A stretch of DNA of 64,000 nucleotides from NCBI GenBank assembly GCA_038087875.1, contig CM075991.1:5704001-5768000 (forward strand). Direction: 5' to 3'. Shown here piece after piece: positions 1 to 11,969 of this stretch. This DNA is from Malacoraja senta (taxonomy: Eukaryota). Positions within the stretch are counted from its first letter, which is position 1; every line of letters begins with the position of its first letter. The position numbers and the translations under genes are program-made. Below the pieces are notes generated by a model. It had not been told where the DNA came from. It ran no database searches and worked only from the letters and a program-made list of their open reading frames with translations.

Positions 1-1458
1 AAAAGGCTTTTGGCACTTTCGCCTTCATCAGTCAGAGTATTGAATATAGAAGTTGGGAGTTCATGTTGCAGTTGTATAAGACGTTGGTGCGACCGCATCT
101 AGAATATTATGTTCAGTTCTGGGCACTATGTTATAGGGAAGATATTGTCAAGCTTGAAAGTGTTCAGAAAAGATTTACGAGGATGTTGCTAGGACTGGAG
201 GGTGTGAGTTATAGGGAGAGGTTGAGTAGTCTATTCCATGCAGAGGAGGAGGATGAGGGGTGGTCTTATAGAGGTGTACAAAATCATGAGACAAATAGAT
301 CGGGTAGATGCACAGAGTCTCTGGCCCAGAATAAAGCTATCGATTGCCAGAAGACTTAGGTTCAATGAAATGATTTAATAGTAATCCGAGGGGCAACTTT
401 TTCACACAAAAGGTGGTGAGTGTGTGGAGCAAGCTCGCAGAAGAGGTAGTTGTGGTTGGGACTATCCCATATTTTAAGAAACAGTTAGACAGGTTAGTAC
501 AGATTTGGAGGGATAGGGACCAAGCGCAGGTTAGTCAAATCGGCAGAGCGGTGGCAGGTGAAGGAGTGAGTGAGTTTATTGGCTGAGGAATGTAATTACC
601 AAAAAATGGTAAGTTTGCGAATTGGTCAATTTATCAGCTAATATAAGCAAGGCTTGCTCTAGGGGAGCGGCCTGTCGGGAAGCCGCCTTGTCGAGCGAAG
701 TACCTTGTGAGAAAAGTGCGAGACTTTTGGATCGTGAGCCTTGTGAGAAAAGTACGAGTTTTGGCTCGAGAGTCTTCATCGAGGAGGCTGAGTCGCAGAG
801 AAGAAATGACAGGTACGCTGATTCAGTGCGATGCTTGCACGATGTAGGAGGATAGGGACACTGTTGGTACTTCTGGTTGTTACAAGTGTGGAAGTGTTCT
901 GGTTCAGCTCCTGAAGGACCGTGTTGGGGTACTGGAGAGGCAACTGGATGAACTCAGGATCATCCGGGAAAACGAGAGTTTGCTGGACAGGATATCCAGC
1001 GAGATCGTTACACCGAAGGTACCGGAAGAGAGAAGGTGGGTGACGATGAGGAAGGGAAGGAAGCTGGAGAGTATAGGAAACCCCGGGGGATGTACCTCTT
1101 GAAAAAAGGTTCACCCTCTTGGAAGCTGTCGGGACAAAAGACACTGTCATTCTGAGTGTGGAACAGGTCTGCGAGTCAAAACGTAGCGCTGAAGCAAAGC
1201 CGAAGTGACAGACGTCAGGCAGAGTAGTCGGGGACGATCGCGAGAGGTGCCAAGAGAGCCAAATTGGAAATATAAGAATGGAATTAAGGAGAAAGAGAGT
1301 ATAGGAAAAGTTAAGAAAGTCACCAGAATTAACGGGGCAGTGAGCACACAAAGGGATAGGAGAGTATGACCAAGTGAAATAGGAATCGATGTGACATGTG
1401 AGGTGAGTAATGGATTAAAAGTAGTATATATGAATGCGCGAAGTAAAATAAGTATAAT
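1..1458 (+). mobile_element. CR1 LINE fragments (ORF2 3' part; 5'UTR/ORF1 to endonuclease start); copy at ~46605-48246
   Basis: LYKTLVRPHLEYYVQFW...VQKRFTRM (CR1 C-terminus) and LKVVYMNARS (APE start); frameshifted. Confidence 0.85.
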
Positions 1459-1826
1459 AGATGGCGCGGCCGGTTCCAGTCGCCGGAACCTCCTGAAGAA
1501 CCGCCCTCTCAAGATGGCGCGGCCTGGTCCTGTTGACGTCGTGGCAGCTCCGCGGAGATTGTGCGTTTTTTAAACTAGTACTTTTATTTTTAATATCTTT
1601 CAGACTAATAACACATCAGCACTAACACTCTCCGATCGTAAAACACGTTTAAACTTATACTTTAGAATAACCCATTTTTTTGTAGACACTTTATTGACCG
1701 ATCCAGCATGGCCGGCAGAGATCATGAGAGCGATCCGCGGCAACAACGATGGGAGCGCGGCTCCGGGAACAAGTCGGAAAAAAACATTGAGGTAAGCGGG
1801 AGGAGATTCGGAACAGGGAAAAAGCT
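1459..1826 (+). mobile_element. 5' fragment of a Rex1/Babar- or L2-like LINE; copies ~19405-19768(-), 48247-48614, ~63351-63714(-)
   Basis: Starts with AGATGGCG twice; decayed frame TLSDRKT...PAWPAEIMRAIR...RKKH.GKR resembles the basic N-terminus of fish Rex/L2 ORFs. Confidence 0.5.
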
Positions 1827-4800
1827 TGTTGAGTAAATCACACATACTCACAGATCTGGTTTAACAATATTTATTAAGACACGTATACAAAACACTTCAA
1901 CATGTTACTCCTATCATGCAGAAGTACAGACTGACAGCGCATGTCGGGTTGCCATAATATTAATGGCGTGGTAGTAGGTGTGGCTTTAAATAATAAAGCA
2001 CTACATTAGTTAGTAGGTAAAGTAACAAAACTACATCTTGTAAGGATATCAAGTGAAACACATCTACAATAAAGTGATATATATGTAGAAGCACGTTACT
2101 GGCAGCTGACTGATTAATAATGTAACCGAAACGCTAATAGCGCATACGTACTATTGATACAAACAAAGTCCCCGTATCTAAAGGGCGTCCTACAAACCCA
2201 TCCCGCGAGCATCGGTACAGATCCGCATCTCCTCCCTTCACCGTGCGGCGGGAGCACTGGGGACCCGGGGGACAAACACGGCGATTAAGATGAGCGGAGC
2301 ACCGAGCGTGGTGGCGAGGGAGCTGGAGTCACAATCAATGGTTGGTCTGCAGCTGCACGTCGTGACAGAGGAGAAAGTCCGTCAGTAGATGTGTAGATCG
2401 GAAGCGTCGCATCAGGATACGAGACAGCAGGACGTGGTTCCTTCACAGGAAGGAGATGTTGACGCCTGTAGATCCCTCCGTCTGCACTCACCGGGCATGA
2501 GCGCGGCTCTTTTTCGGAATTGTGAATGAAGTTCAAACGGTCCTAGCCCTTGTTGGTTTGAAGGCGAGCGACTTGGCCACTGGAGAGAGGTTTATGTGGT
2601 CAAATAATCGTGTTTGGTTATCGCGATTCAGTTGATGTTGTCACTGGATGGCTAGTGGTAAACGAACCTGTGGCTGCAGTAGTTGTTTGGGCACAGGAAG
2701 TGCAGCACGGGTCTGTCGGGACATCAGGCGTTGGACAGGAGACCCCAGTTTTGGGTCACAGGCGATGTTTCTCAGGTTTAGCAGGTGAGACATCGGATTT
2801 AGCAAAGTGTGAGCGCTCCATCAATTGCTTGGCGCTCCGGACAGACCGTTCTGCAAGTCCAATTGATTGTGGGAATTCTGGACTGCTGGTGAGAGGGTGA
2901 AAATCCCATCGTTGAGCAATGTTTCTAAAACACTGGCAAGTGAAATGACTGCCGTTGTCTGACAAGTGGCGTGAGGGGGCACCGTGCACGGTGAAATGGT
3001 CGCCAGCTTTTGGATTACTGCAGCGGATGTTGGACTTTGGAGCAGGTCGATTTCGAACCAGCCCGATTACGAGTCAACGAGAACCAGATACTGTTTGCCA
3101 CGCCACTCGAATATGTCAGTAGCAGGCGTGGACCAAGGCAGAGGAGAAACAGGGAGTGAGAGCAGGGCATGCTTCTGTTCGTGTGGCATCAGGCTGCTTC
3201 AGATAGCACAGGCTTAAACTTTCTCACGCATGAATTTGGTCATTCCGGGATAGTAAAAGACGCTCTGTGCTCGGAGTATGGTTGCTTCCAGGACGGGGTG
3301 ACCCCCTGAGAACGGCATCAAAATATGTATCTCATAGGGCAGTTGGGATGACAGCTCAGTGATCCTTGATTATGACACCGCCCTGCAGCACCAGTTCATC
3401 GCGGACCAGATAGTATGGGCAAATAGGAAGTGGAGCGTGATATTTTTTATCCTTTCAGCCACTCCGGATGACAGAAGACAATTGCTGTATAGTTGTATCC
3501 GCAGCCAGATGCTCTGCCAGGTCACTTAGACATTCTGTAGGTGCGTACAACACCATCATTACTGTGAACTGATAATATGCAGACGGCTGTTGTTCGCAGG
3601 TTGTTCGTGGGGTTCTTGGTGTGTCAGCCGGATACATGTCCCTTTTGTAGACGAGGGTGAAATCGAAACTCTGTAGCTGCATCATCATCCGTTGCAAGCG
3701 AGCAGGAGCTGCAAGAATGGGTTTGTTCAGAAAAGTGAATAACCACGGACTTCCGAAAAATAAAGTCCTTGTATTTTGTGCAGGTAAAAACCACGGCTAG
3801 TAATTCTTTTTCGATCTTCAGTCTCAGACAAGGTACGGGAGGAGTAAGCAATAGGTCTGCAGTCTCCTTCGATGGAATTCTGTAGGCAAGCAGCTCCAAG
3901 TTCATATTGGGATCCATCACACGGTATGTTTAAATTGAAATAAGCTAGGGTAGGGGCACTGGGCAATACTAATTTAGGCATTTCGAATCCCCTCTGGTGT
4001 TGTGGGCACCAAGACCATGTAGCGTCCTTGTGAGTTAGTTGCCGCAGAGGGGCAGATATTTTTTTCTGAGGTTGGGAATGAATTTCCCCAAGTAGTTAAC
4101 CGTTCCCAGGAATCTCTGCAAACTTGTCACGTCAGTGCGAACTGGTATCTCGCTAATGCCAATGGTCTTGGAGAGTTCAGGTCTGTGGCCGTTACTGGTG
4201 AATACGTGTCCGACATACAGGACCTCCTTGACCTGGAATCTGCACTTCAGAATGTTGAGCTTGCGGTGGATGTCTTTTGCACGGTCCAGTACTTTTTTAA
4301 ATTGGCATCATGTTCAGCCATGTCGCGTCCAGCAACGAGAATGTCATCAACAATGATGTCACGAGGATACCCAGTAAATAATTGTTCCATTGTACGCTGG
4401 AATACTTCTCTAGCAGAGTTGATGCCAAAGGGCATCCGCAAGAATTTGTACCGGCTTAACGGAGTGCCGAAAGTGGCGAATTTGGATGAGTCGGGGTCCA
4501 GCGGGATCTCCCCGAACGAGCTGTTGGCATCCAGAAACGAAAACACAGACGCACTGCCCAGCTGAGCAGCAACTTCCTCCATCGTGCGCATCGGGTAGTG
4601 CGGGCGTTTGATCGCTGAGTTCAAATCTCTACAAATTTGTATTTCTTCTTTAATTTTCTCCGTTGCGACCACCATGGTGGGAATCCAGTTGGATGGGTCA
4701 GTAACAGTGGCATTGACATCCAGGGGCACCACTCGCTGGTGCTTATTGTGTACTCTGCCACGCATAGCATGTGGCATGCGGTGTGGTGCTCGTACCACAT

Positions 4801-5090
4801 GTAAGACATTTGCATCATTGACGACGTTGCATCTGAGTGGTAGCTTCCAAAACGTATCGTCAAAACGTTCCTTGTACTGGGAAGTATCTGTTGGGTGGAG
4901 CCCTCGGCAGGAGAGATTTGATGGACAGCAGGCCGAAAAGTTACCAGTCCAAGGTCCTGGCATGCGTTAATGCCATGCAGAGTTGCAACTTTCCCTCGGA
5001 CAATAACAAAGTTCAGCCTCTGAGGTTGTGACGCTAGGTGGTATTTCAGCTCAGCTTTTCCAATTGGGTGCACCTCCCACCCCTCCCCCA
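1827..5090 (-). mobile_element. Gypsy LTR retrotransposon (decayed protease-RT-RNaseH-integrase + 3' LTR 1827-2035)
   Basis: RT motifs DLNSAIKRPHYPM, FSFLDANS, RMPFGINSA, IIVDDILV; RNaseH PIAYSSRTL/IEKELLAVVF; integrase SDNGSHFT, SSPEFPQSIGLAERSV; 209-bp TG...CA LTR. Confidence 0.93.
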
Positions 5091-6445
5091 TTGTAAATAT
5101 TTGCTGTCCCAGCAGCGAGTCGTGCGGTACCCCACAAGTCACTACCTGCCATTCTGAAATGGATCCGTTAATCCCTTCTCTTTGTTTCCTGTCTGCCAAC
5201 CAATTTTCTATCCATGTCAGTACCTTACACCAAATACCATATGATCTAATTGTGCCCACTAATCTCCTATGTGGGACCTTATCAAATGTTTTCTGAAAGT
5301 CCAGGTACACTACATTCACTGACTCTCCCTTGTCCATTTTCTAGTTACATCCTCAAAAATGTCCAGAAAATTAGTCAAGCATGATTTCCCCTTCATAAAT
5401 CCATGCTGACTCGGACCGATCCTGTTACTCCTACCCAAATGTGCCGCTTCTTCATCTTTTATAATTAATTCCAGCATCTTCCCCACCACCAATCTGAGGT
5501 TAATTGGTCTTTATTTCCTTGTTTTCTCTCTCCCTACTTTCTTAAAAGGTGGGATAACATTAGATACCCTCCAATCCACAGGAATTAATCCTGAATCTAT
5601 TGAACATTGGAAAATGTTCACCAGTGCATTCACGATATCTAGAGCATCTTCCTTAAGTGCCCTGGGGTGCAGACCATCAGGCCCAGGGGATCTATCACCC
5701 TTCAGTCCCATATACGCAACACCATTTCCTGCCTATGTGAATTTCCTTCACTTCCTCGGTCACCCGAGGCCCTCTGGCCGCTGGTACACATTGGGTAATT
5801 GTTTGTGTCTTCCTTTAGTGCAGGCATATCCAAAGTACAAGTTCAACTCCTCTGCCATTTCCTTGTTCCCCATTATAAATTCACCTGTTTCTGTCTTCAA
5901 GTAACCCACTTTGAATATCAAGTCCTATAAGCTCAACTGATTAACTATGTTTCCCTCTTCACATACCTAAACAAGCTTTTACAATCCCCCTTCATATTCT
6001 TGGCTAGCTTACCTTTCTACCGCATCTTATCTCCCCGTATTGCCTTTTTAGTTATCTTGTGCTGCTCTTTAAACGTTTCCCAATCCTCTGGCTTCCGGCT
6101 CATCTTTACTATGTTATACTTCTTCTCTTTTATTTTTATACTGTCCTTGAATCCACTTGCCAGCCACGGTCGCCTCTTACCCCCCTTTAGAATCTTTCTT
6201 CCTGTTTGGAATGAACTGATATTGCACCTTCTGTATTATTCCCAGAAATACCCTCCATTGTTGTTCCACTGTCATCCCTGCTAGGGTCTCTTTCAAATCA
6301 AACTTGGCCAGCTCCTCCCTCGTGCCCCCATAGTCCTCTTTGCTCAACTGTAATAATGACTCTTCCGATGTTCCCTTCTCCATTTCAAATTGCAGATGAA
6401 AACGTATCATATTATGGTCACTACCTCCAAATGGCTCTTTTCGCT
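5091..6445 (-). mobile_element. CR1 ORF2 internal fragment; copy 51879-53233
   Basis: VVYLDFQKTFDKVPHRRL, SPGPDGLHPR, GSDHNMI. Confidence 0.9.
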
Positions 6446-7299
6446 TGAGCCACGAAGTACTTACAAGAGCAACCGCAGTTCTGGAAAAAGGTCTTGTGGA
6501 CATATTAGGCGAAGATTGTCATATCAGAGTGAAAGCAAGAGCAAAGTATGGAAGAGAGAAGGAACTGCCCAAGATCCAAAGCATACCACCTCATCTGTGA
6601 AACATGGTGGGGGGTGTGATGGCCTGGGCATGTATGGCTACTTGCTATCTTCATTGATGATACAGCTGCCAATGGTAGCAGTATAGTGAATTATGAATGG
6701 TATAGACACACCCGATCTGTTCAAGTTCGAACAAATGCCTCAAAACTCATTGTTTAAGAATTGCAGATGCTGGAAAATCGAAGCTGGACAAAAATGCTGG
6801 AGAAACTCTGCGGGTGGGGCAACATCTATGTTTGGAGGGAGGAGGAGAAGTTTTTCAAGTTGCTGCCTCACCCGCTGAGTTTCGCCAGCATTTTTGTCTA
6901 CCCTCAAAACTCATTGGCCGGAGGTTCATTCTGCTGCAACACAATGATCCTGAACATGCCGCTGAAGCAACAAAGGAGTTTTACAAAGGATAAAAATGGT
7001 CAATTCTTGAGTTGTCAAGTCAATCACCCAATCTGAAACCAACTGAGCATGCCTTCACAGATTTCAAACAGTCATTACATGCAAAGGATATGCAACAAAA
7101 TACAAAACATGACTACTTTCATTTACATGACATTGCTTTGTCCCAAATATTACGGTGCCCTGCAATAGGGGGACTATGTATAGTCATTTCTGTAATCTAT
7201 ACATGGTGAAGCCAAATTGTATAAAAATGTCCTTTAATAAAATTATGGAGTATAGAGGCAAATAAATAAATGATGTCCCAAACATTATGGAGGGCACTG
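6446..7299 (+). mobile_element. Tc1/mariner DNA transposon remnant with right TIR; copy 53234-54087
   Basis: PKHTTSSVKHGGG, decayed QHNDPEH and SQSPNLKPTEH (Tc1 catalytic-region motifs); ends TGTCCCAAACATTATGGAGGGCACTG (reverse complement CAGTG...). Confidence 0.85.
6753..6901. mobile_element. Short self-inverted Penelope-like insertion inside Tc1; copy 53541-53689
   Basis: 15-bp TSD CCTCAAAACTCATTG (6738-6752, 6902-6916); arms GACAAAAATGCTGGAGAAACTC... and ...GAGTTTCGCCAGCATTTTTGTC. Confidence 0.6.
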
Positions 7300-7843
7300 T
7301 TCCAGACCCGAACTTGAATCTGATTCAATATGAAGCCACAGCTCCTCTATTAAGAGTGCTCATATTGAAGGCTGGTGTGCCACGCGCAATCTTTACCACC
7401 GTGTCTGCTTGCATTGCAAATTTAAGGGAATTATGTACACATATTCATTGTTCTCGCTGCACTCTCTTTTACAACACTCTGCGTGTCCCTATCATTCACA
7501 ATGCAGGTCTTGCCATTGGTTATCTTGTAAAATAGGGACGCGACTCATTTGCAGGAATCAAATTCCATCTGCCTTTCCTTGGCCTACTTCCCAGGTCTTT
7601 CGGTTCATTTTCTAATTTCAAATAATTCGTCTTACTATATGAACCGATTGTTTCACACACGTGATCACAATTTTACAACAGTAAATGATCACCATTTTGT
7701 TCCTTGCCACATACTGTGTCGAAATTGGATACCTTAAACCACATAAGGTAAGCAGCCATGCTCTTTTAAATTACCTTTATCGTGTTCCTTAATCCTTCAC
7801 CGTATTTTTTCCCTGACACGCTGCCTCACATTCCGTATCATTC

Positions 7844-8392
7844 GAAACATAGAAACATAGAAAATAGGTGCAGGAGTAGGCCATTCGGCCCTTCGAGCCT
7901 GCACGGCCATTCAATGTAATCATGGCTGATCATCCAACTCAGTATCCTGTACATGCCTTCTCTCCATACCCCCTGATCCCTCTAGCCACAAGGGCCACAT
8001 CTAACTCCCTCTTAAATATAGCCAATGAACTGGCCTCAAATACCTTCTGTGGCAGAGAATTCCAGAGATTCACCACACTCTGTGTGAAAAATGTTTTTCT
8101 CATCTCGGTCCTAAAAGATTTCCCCTTTATCCTTAAACTGCGACCCCTTGTTCTGGACTTCCCCAACATCGAGAACAATCTTCCTGCATCTAGCCTGTCC
8201 AACCCCTTAAGAATTTTGTAAGTTTGTATAAGATCCCCCCTCAATCTTCTAAATTCTAGCGAGTACAAGCCGAGTCTATCCAGTCTTTCTTCATATGAAA
8301 GTCCTCACATCCCAGAAATCAATCTGGTGAACCTTCTCTGTACTCCCTCTATGGCAAGAATGTCTTTCCTCACATTTGGAGACCAAAACTGT
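7844..8392 (-). mobile_element. 5'-truncated CR1 with 3'UTR and tail; copy 54632-55180
   Basis: YSLEFRRLRGDLI...FFTQSVVNLWNSLP; (GAAACATA)n tail on the + strand. Confidence 0.92.
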
Positions 8393-8729
8393 ACGCTGTT
8401 GTTTGGCCTGGTTGAGTGGCCGCAGGGATTCACTCTATAAAATGCCGGGGCCACATTGTTTATTCTCCAGAAGAAAAAAAGGTCGAGGCCCATTATCCAG
8501 CATTTGTTTCTCTGAACATGCAGTATTTCAATGTGTATGCAGCACAGTGATAGGGTGCGAATTTCGCATCAATGGGTTCAACTGTTCAATGTTCTGACTC
8601 GCAACCTCAGTTAAATCTAAGATTGTTGTGAAAGGAAGATATTTACACTAAAATCATCGGTCTGAATTGCACATGGGTTACTTATACTGGACTGGCAGAA
8701 TGTTCCATACACCAATTGTGGGAAAAAGC

Positions 8730-9425
8730 TACGTCGCAGATTCCCATTATATCGTCCCCATTCACCTCAACCGTCCTTTGATTCTCGATTCCCCTGCTCA
8801 GGGATATAAACTCTGTGCATCCACCGGATATGTTCCTCTCATGACTTTATACACATCTATAAGATCAGATCTCATCTTCCTGCGTCCCAGCCATCTTAAC
8901 CTCTTTATTCAGTTCAGACCCTCGCACCGTGTGAACATCCTCATAAAGCTTCCCTGTACGCTTTCCAACGGCATCTTCCCCATAAAAAGGTGCCCAGAAC
9001 TAAACACGGTCTACATGCGGTATTATCAATTTCCTGCATAACTGCAGCATGACCTCCCAACTTCTATGTACCTGCATTCGCGGATCCCTCTGCTCTATAA
9101 CACTCTGCAGAGCCCCGAGTAGGTCATGGCCATGTAAGACTTTCCAAAATGTGCCAACTCACAATTCTGTGTATTAATTTCCAACCACCATTCCTAATCG
9201 ATTATGATCCCGCTGCAATATTTGACATCCATCTTCGCTATCTGCAATCCAACCCGCTTTTGTATCTGCAAACTTTCTAATCTTGCCATGTGCATTCTCA
9301 TACTGTAATTTATATACTTGTGAAACAGTAATGGGCCAAGCATCGAACTCTGAGGCACACCACAGGCCTCCAGTCCGAGAAACAACCTTCCACCATTACC
9401 CTCAGCTTCCTTCCATGAAGCCAAT
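8730..9425 (-). mobile_element. Old, heavily deleted CR1 fragments; related piece at ~28550-29010
   Basis: GVPQSSMLGPLLF; at 28.6-28.9 kb VYLDFSKTFDKVPH...WLHGRKQRV. Confidence 0.7.
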
Positions 9426-9430
9426 ATTCT

Positions 9431-9786
9431 ATTTGAAATTCATTGTTCAGGTTAGAAATAATATTGTTCGCAGGAATAATTACATTTAAGAAACTCTAAC
9501 CTCGTGTCATAGAAATAGAGTTTGCAACATTCCCTTTTATAAAATGTGACAAAATACAGTAAAATTAACAGTTCGTGTAATCCCTTGAGGACAGAAATTC
9601 CTTGCGGAATGAGAAAAAAACATTTACGGTTGATGTTTGTTCAGTGGGCTGTGGCTGATGTGCCAGAGGTCACGCTAATTGTCTCAGAGGAATGTCCTCT
9701 TTTGTATAAATGTATGCTAAATCAATCACCAGTACAGATGGACAGTTGGAAAGTTATGTGTGATTGTTCGCTGCTTCACATAGAAA
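9431..9786 (+). promoter_or_regulatory. Putative proximal promoter of the GPCR (also ~29310-29663 and 56219-56574)
   Basis: Non-repeat block conserved upstream of all three ATGs. TATAAA at 9705-9710, TAATTG at 9676-9681, O/E-like elements at 9581-9591 and 9682-9691. Confidence 0.5.
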
Positions 9787-11744
9787 ATGGAATATCCAGC
9801 AATTTACTACATAGCCGCCACTTTCTACCCTGTACTTGTGGCGGTTGGTATTCCTGGTAAGATACTGGGACGAGTAGGTTTAGTTTTGTACAGAAAAACT
9901 GCGCGGAAAGAGGCCCTTCGATCAACCGAGTCCGCGCCAACCAGCAATCCCCGCACACTGACGGCACACGCTAGGGACAATTTACAATTGTACCAAGCCA
10001 ATCAGCCTACAAACCTGTGCATCTTTGGAGTGTGGGCGGATACCGGAGATCCCGGAGAAAAACCCAAGAAGATCACGGGGAGAATGTACAAACTCCGTGC
10101 AGGATCAAACCCGGGTGGTTGGCGCTGCCAGGCAGCACATTTAACGCTGCGCACCGTGCCGCCCTGCGTGCAGTTCTCCTTCCTTTCTGTATCTGCTGCT
10201 CTGAAGAATAGTCGCTTTGATACCCAGCCCAGATGCTGCCTCAGCTGACGAGTGTCTTCGGAAGGTTCAGGCTTCAGCGTCTGTTTTATTTCTGGCATTT
10301 TGTTCTTATTAATGTGTGGTTCTTTTGTCAATCAGGTCAGTTAATTTAGAGCTAATGTTTACATTTTTTCAGCATGTAACCGTATTCAAATTGGTTCTGG
10401 TGCATATTCTTCAAGCTCTGGGTCTCATTAATACAGACTTTTCCACCAAGAGTCAGCTAATGAGGAATGTATACATGTCTGTCAACATGCCTGTTGAATT
10501 ATCACAACTAGCTGAAACACCTTCCGGGTTTTCGTTCTCTGATTCATTTGCCAGTTTTGATTTTATGACTGCGTTTCCACTTGCTACGTCTGATATGTCG
10601 GAGGAAGCAGTTCTCCCTGAGTCTAATGCTCTCTGATACAAGTTAATTTCGATTGACGCAACGACTCGAAATGACTGTGATCAGTGCGTCGTAGACTTTA
10701 GGAGGCCGACTGTAAATTGCTGCAAATTACCGACACATCTGCCTCTTCGATCAGCACCGCTCTAAGTATTTCTCCGAACGGAAATTTGGTAAACTGGATC
10801 AGGTATTTGCTCATTGAAACTAACGTTTTTTTTGGTTTCTTGCAGTTAATTTAACGGCGATTGTGATCCTCTCCCGGGGAAAATGTGGTCTCTCCAAATG
10901 CATCACCCGTTACCTAGTGGGAATGGCAACAGCGGATCTAATGGTAGTTGTCATTGTTGCTGCAATTGAACAAGTTAATTACATATACGTTTACGCTAGT
11001 TCCTTGTTCATTGCACCGGTTTGCGCTCTGAACCTAGTACTAAGGGTTGTAACAATCGACTGTTCTGTTTGGTTCACCGTCAGTTTCACTTGCGATCGTT
11101 TTATGGCGATCTGTTGTCAAAAGCTACGTGAGCGCTACAGCACCGAGAGGGCAGCGTGTGTGATTATGGTGACTGTGGCTGTCGTCAGCTGCGCCCGGTC
11201 CATTCCCTTTTACTTTGCCGTGGAGCCTTCTGTCATAATTGACAACGTGCCTTGGCGTTGCGCCTTCTCAAAGGAGTACGCCACTTTGTCGGTTTGGAAA
11301 GGCTATGAGTTACTTGACAGCATCTTAGCACCGTTGTTACCGATCGGTTTAATCCTGTTGTTCAATGGGTTAACTTGCAGACATATCATAGCGGCCAATA
11401 GAGTTCGCAGACGACTTCGGAACAGCCATGAGAACAAGAAGGATACAGAGGTGGAGAACCGGAGAAAATCGATGATTTTGCTCTTCGCTGTATCAGGCAA
11501 TTTCATAATATTTTCGATACCCTATGTGGTTCATTCTCTGACATGGCAAGCATATAATTTCTTTTACACTGATAGATATTTGAGCAGCCCGGTATATATC
11601 CTGCAGCAGTTTGGATTTATGTTGCAGATTGTCAGTATGTGCACAAACACGTGTATCTATACACTGACACAGAGGAAATTCAGGGACCAGCTGAAGAGTG
11701 GAGTGAAATATCTACTCACATTGAATGGCCGATTATGTAGTTGA
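9787..11744 (+). CDS. GPR139/GPR142-like class A GPCR, copy G1 (intact, 2 exons: 9787-9856 + 10846-11744, 322 aa)
   Basis: Exon 1 MEYPAIYYIAATFYPVLVAVGIP ends at CCTG|GTAAG. Branch-like CTAAC and pyrimidine tract TTTCTTGCAG| at 10845. Phase-1 join gives GIPVNLTAIVILS. Seven hydrophobic segments, MATADL (TM2), SVWFTVSFTCDRF (TM3), NTCIY (TM7). AATAAA at 11780-11785. Confidence 0.9.
9878..10164 (-). mobile_element. HE1-type tRNA-derived SINE in the GPCR intron; copies ~29755-30038 and 56666-56952
   Basis: Minus strand begins GGGCGGCACGGTGCGCAGCG (A box), has CCGGGTTTGATCC (B box) and a CR1-like 3' tail. Confidence 0.8.
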
Positions 11745-11969
11745 CGTGTAACTCTGATAGCAACTTGGATGAAATTTCAAATAAATGTCTTTAACAATTC
11801 GTACGTTCGGTAAAATACCATAAAGTCAATGCAGGCCTGCGCTTGACAACCGAGAACTCGGTATACTCACGTCACGGTATTGGTCACGTTTGGAAAGTGT
11901 GGACACATGCTACCTGTTGCAGTTGTGATGTTGCATTGGTGGAATTATATTCCAAACCACTGGATCTTT

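Noticed and set aside
4621..5337. 238-aa ORF as a novel fusion protein
   Set aside because: Chance in-frame read-through from CR1 RT into decayed Gypsy pol across a rearrangement junction; both parts are truncated.
9787..10248. 153-aa standalone ORF (also 29637-30020 and 56575-57132)
   Set aside because: Only the first 23 codons are exon 1; the rest reads through the donor site into an intronic SINE.
10316..10641. ORFs recurring in all three introns
   Set aside because: Recurrence reflects recent duplication; no recognisable motifs and start positions vary.
9787..11744. Assigning the symbol GPR139
   Set aside because: Similarity is at family level only; multicopy divergent paralogues are unlikely to be the one-to-one orthologue.
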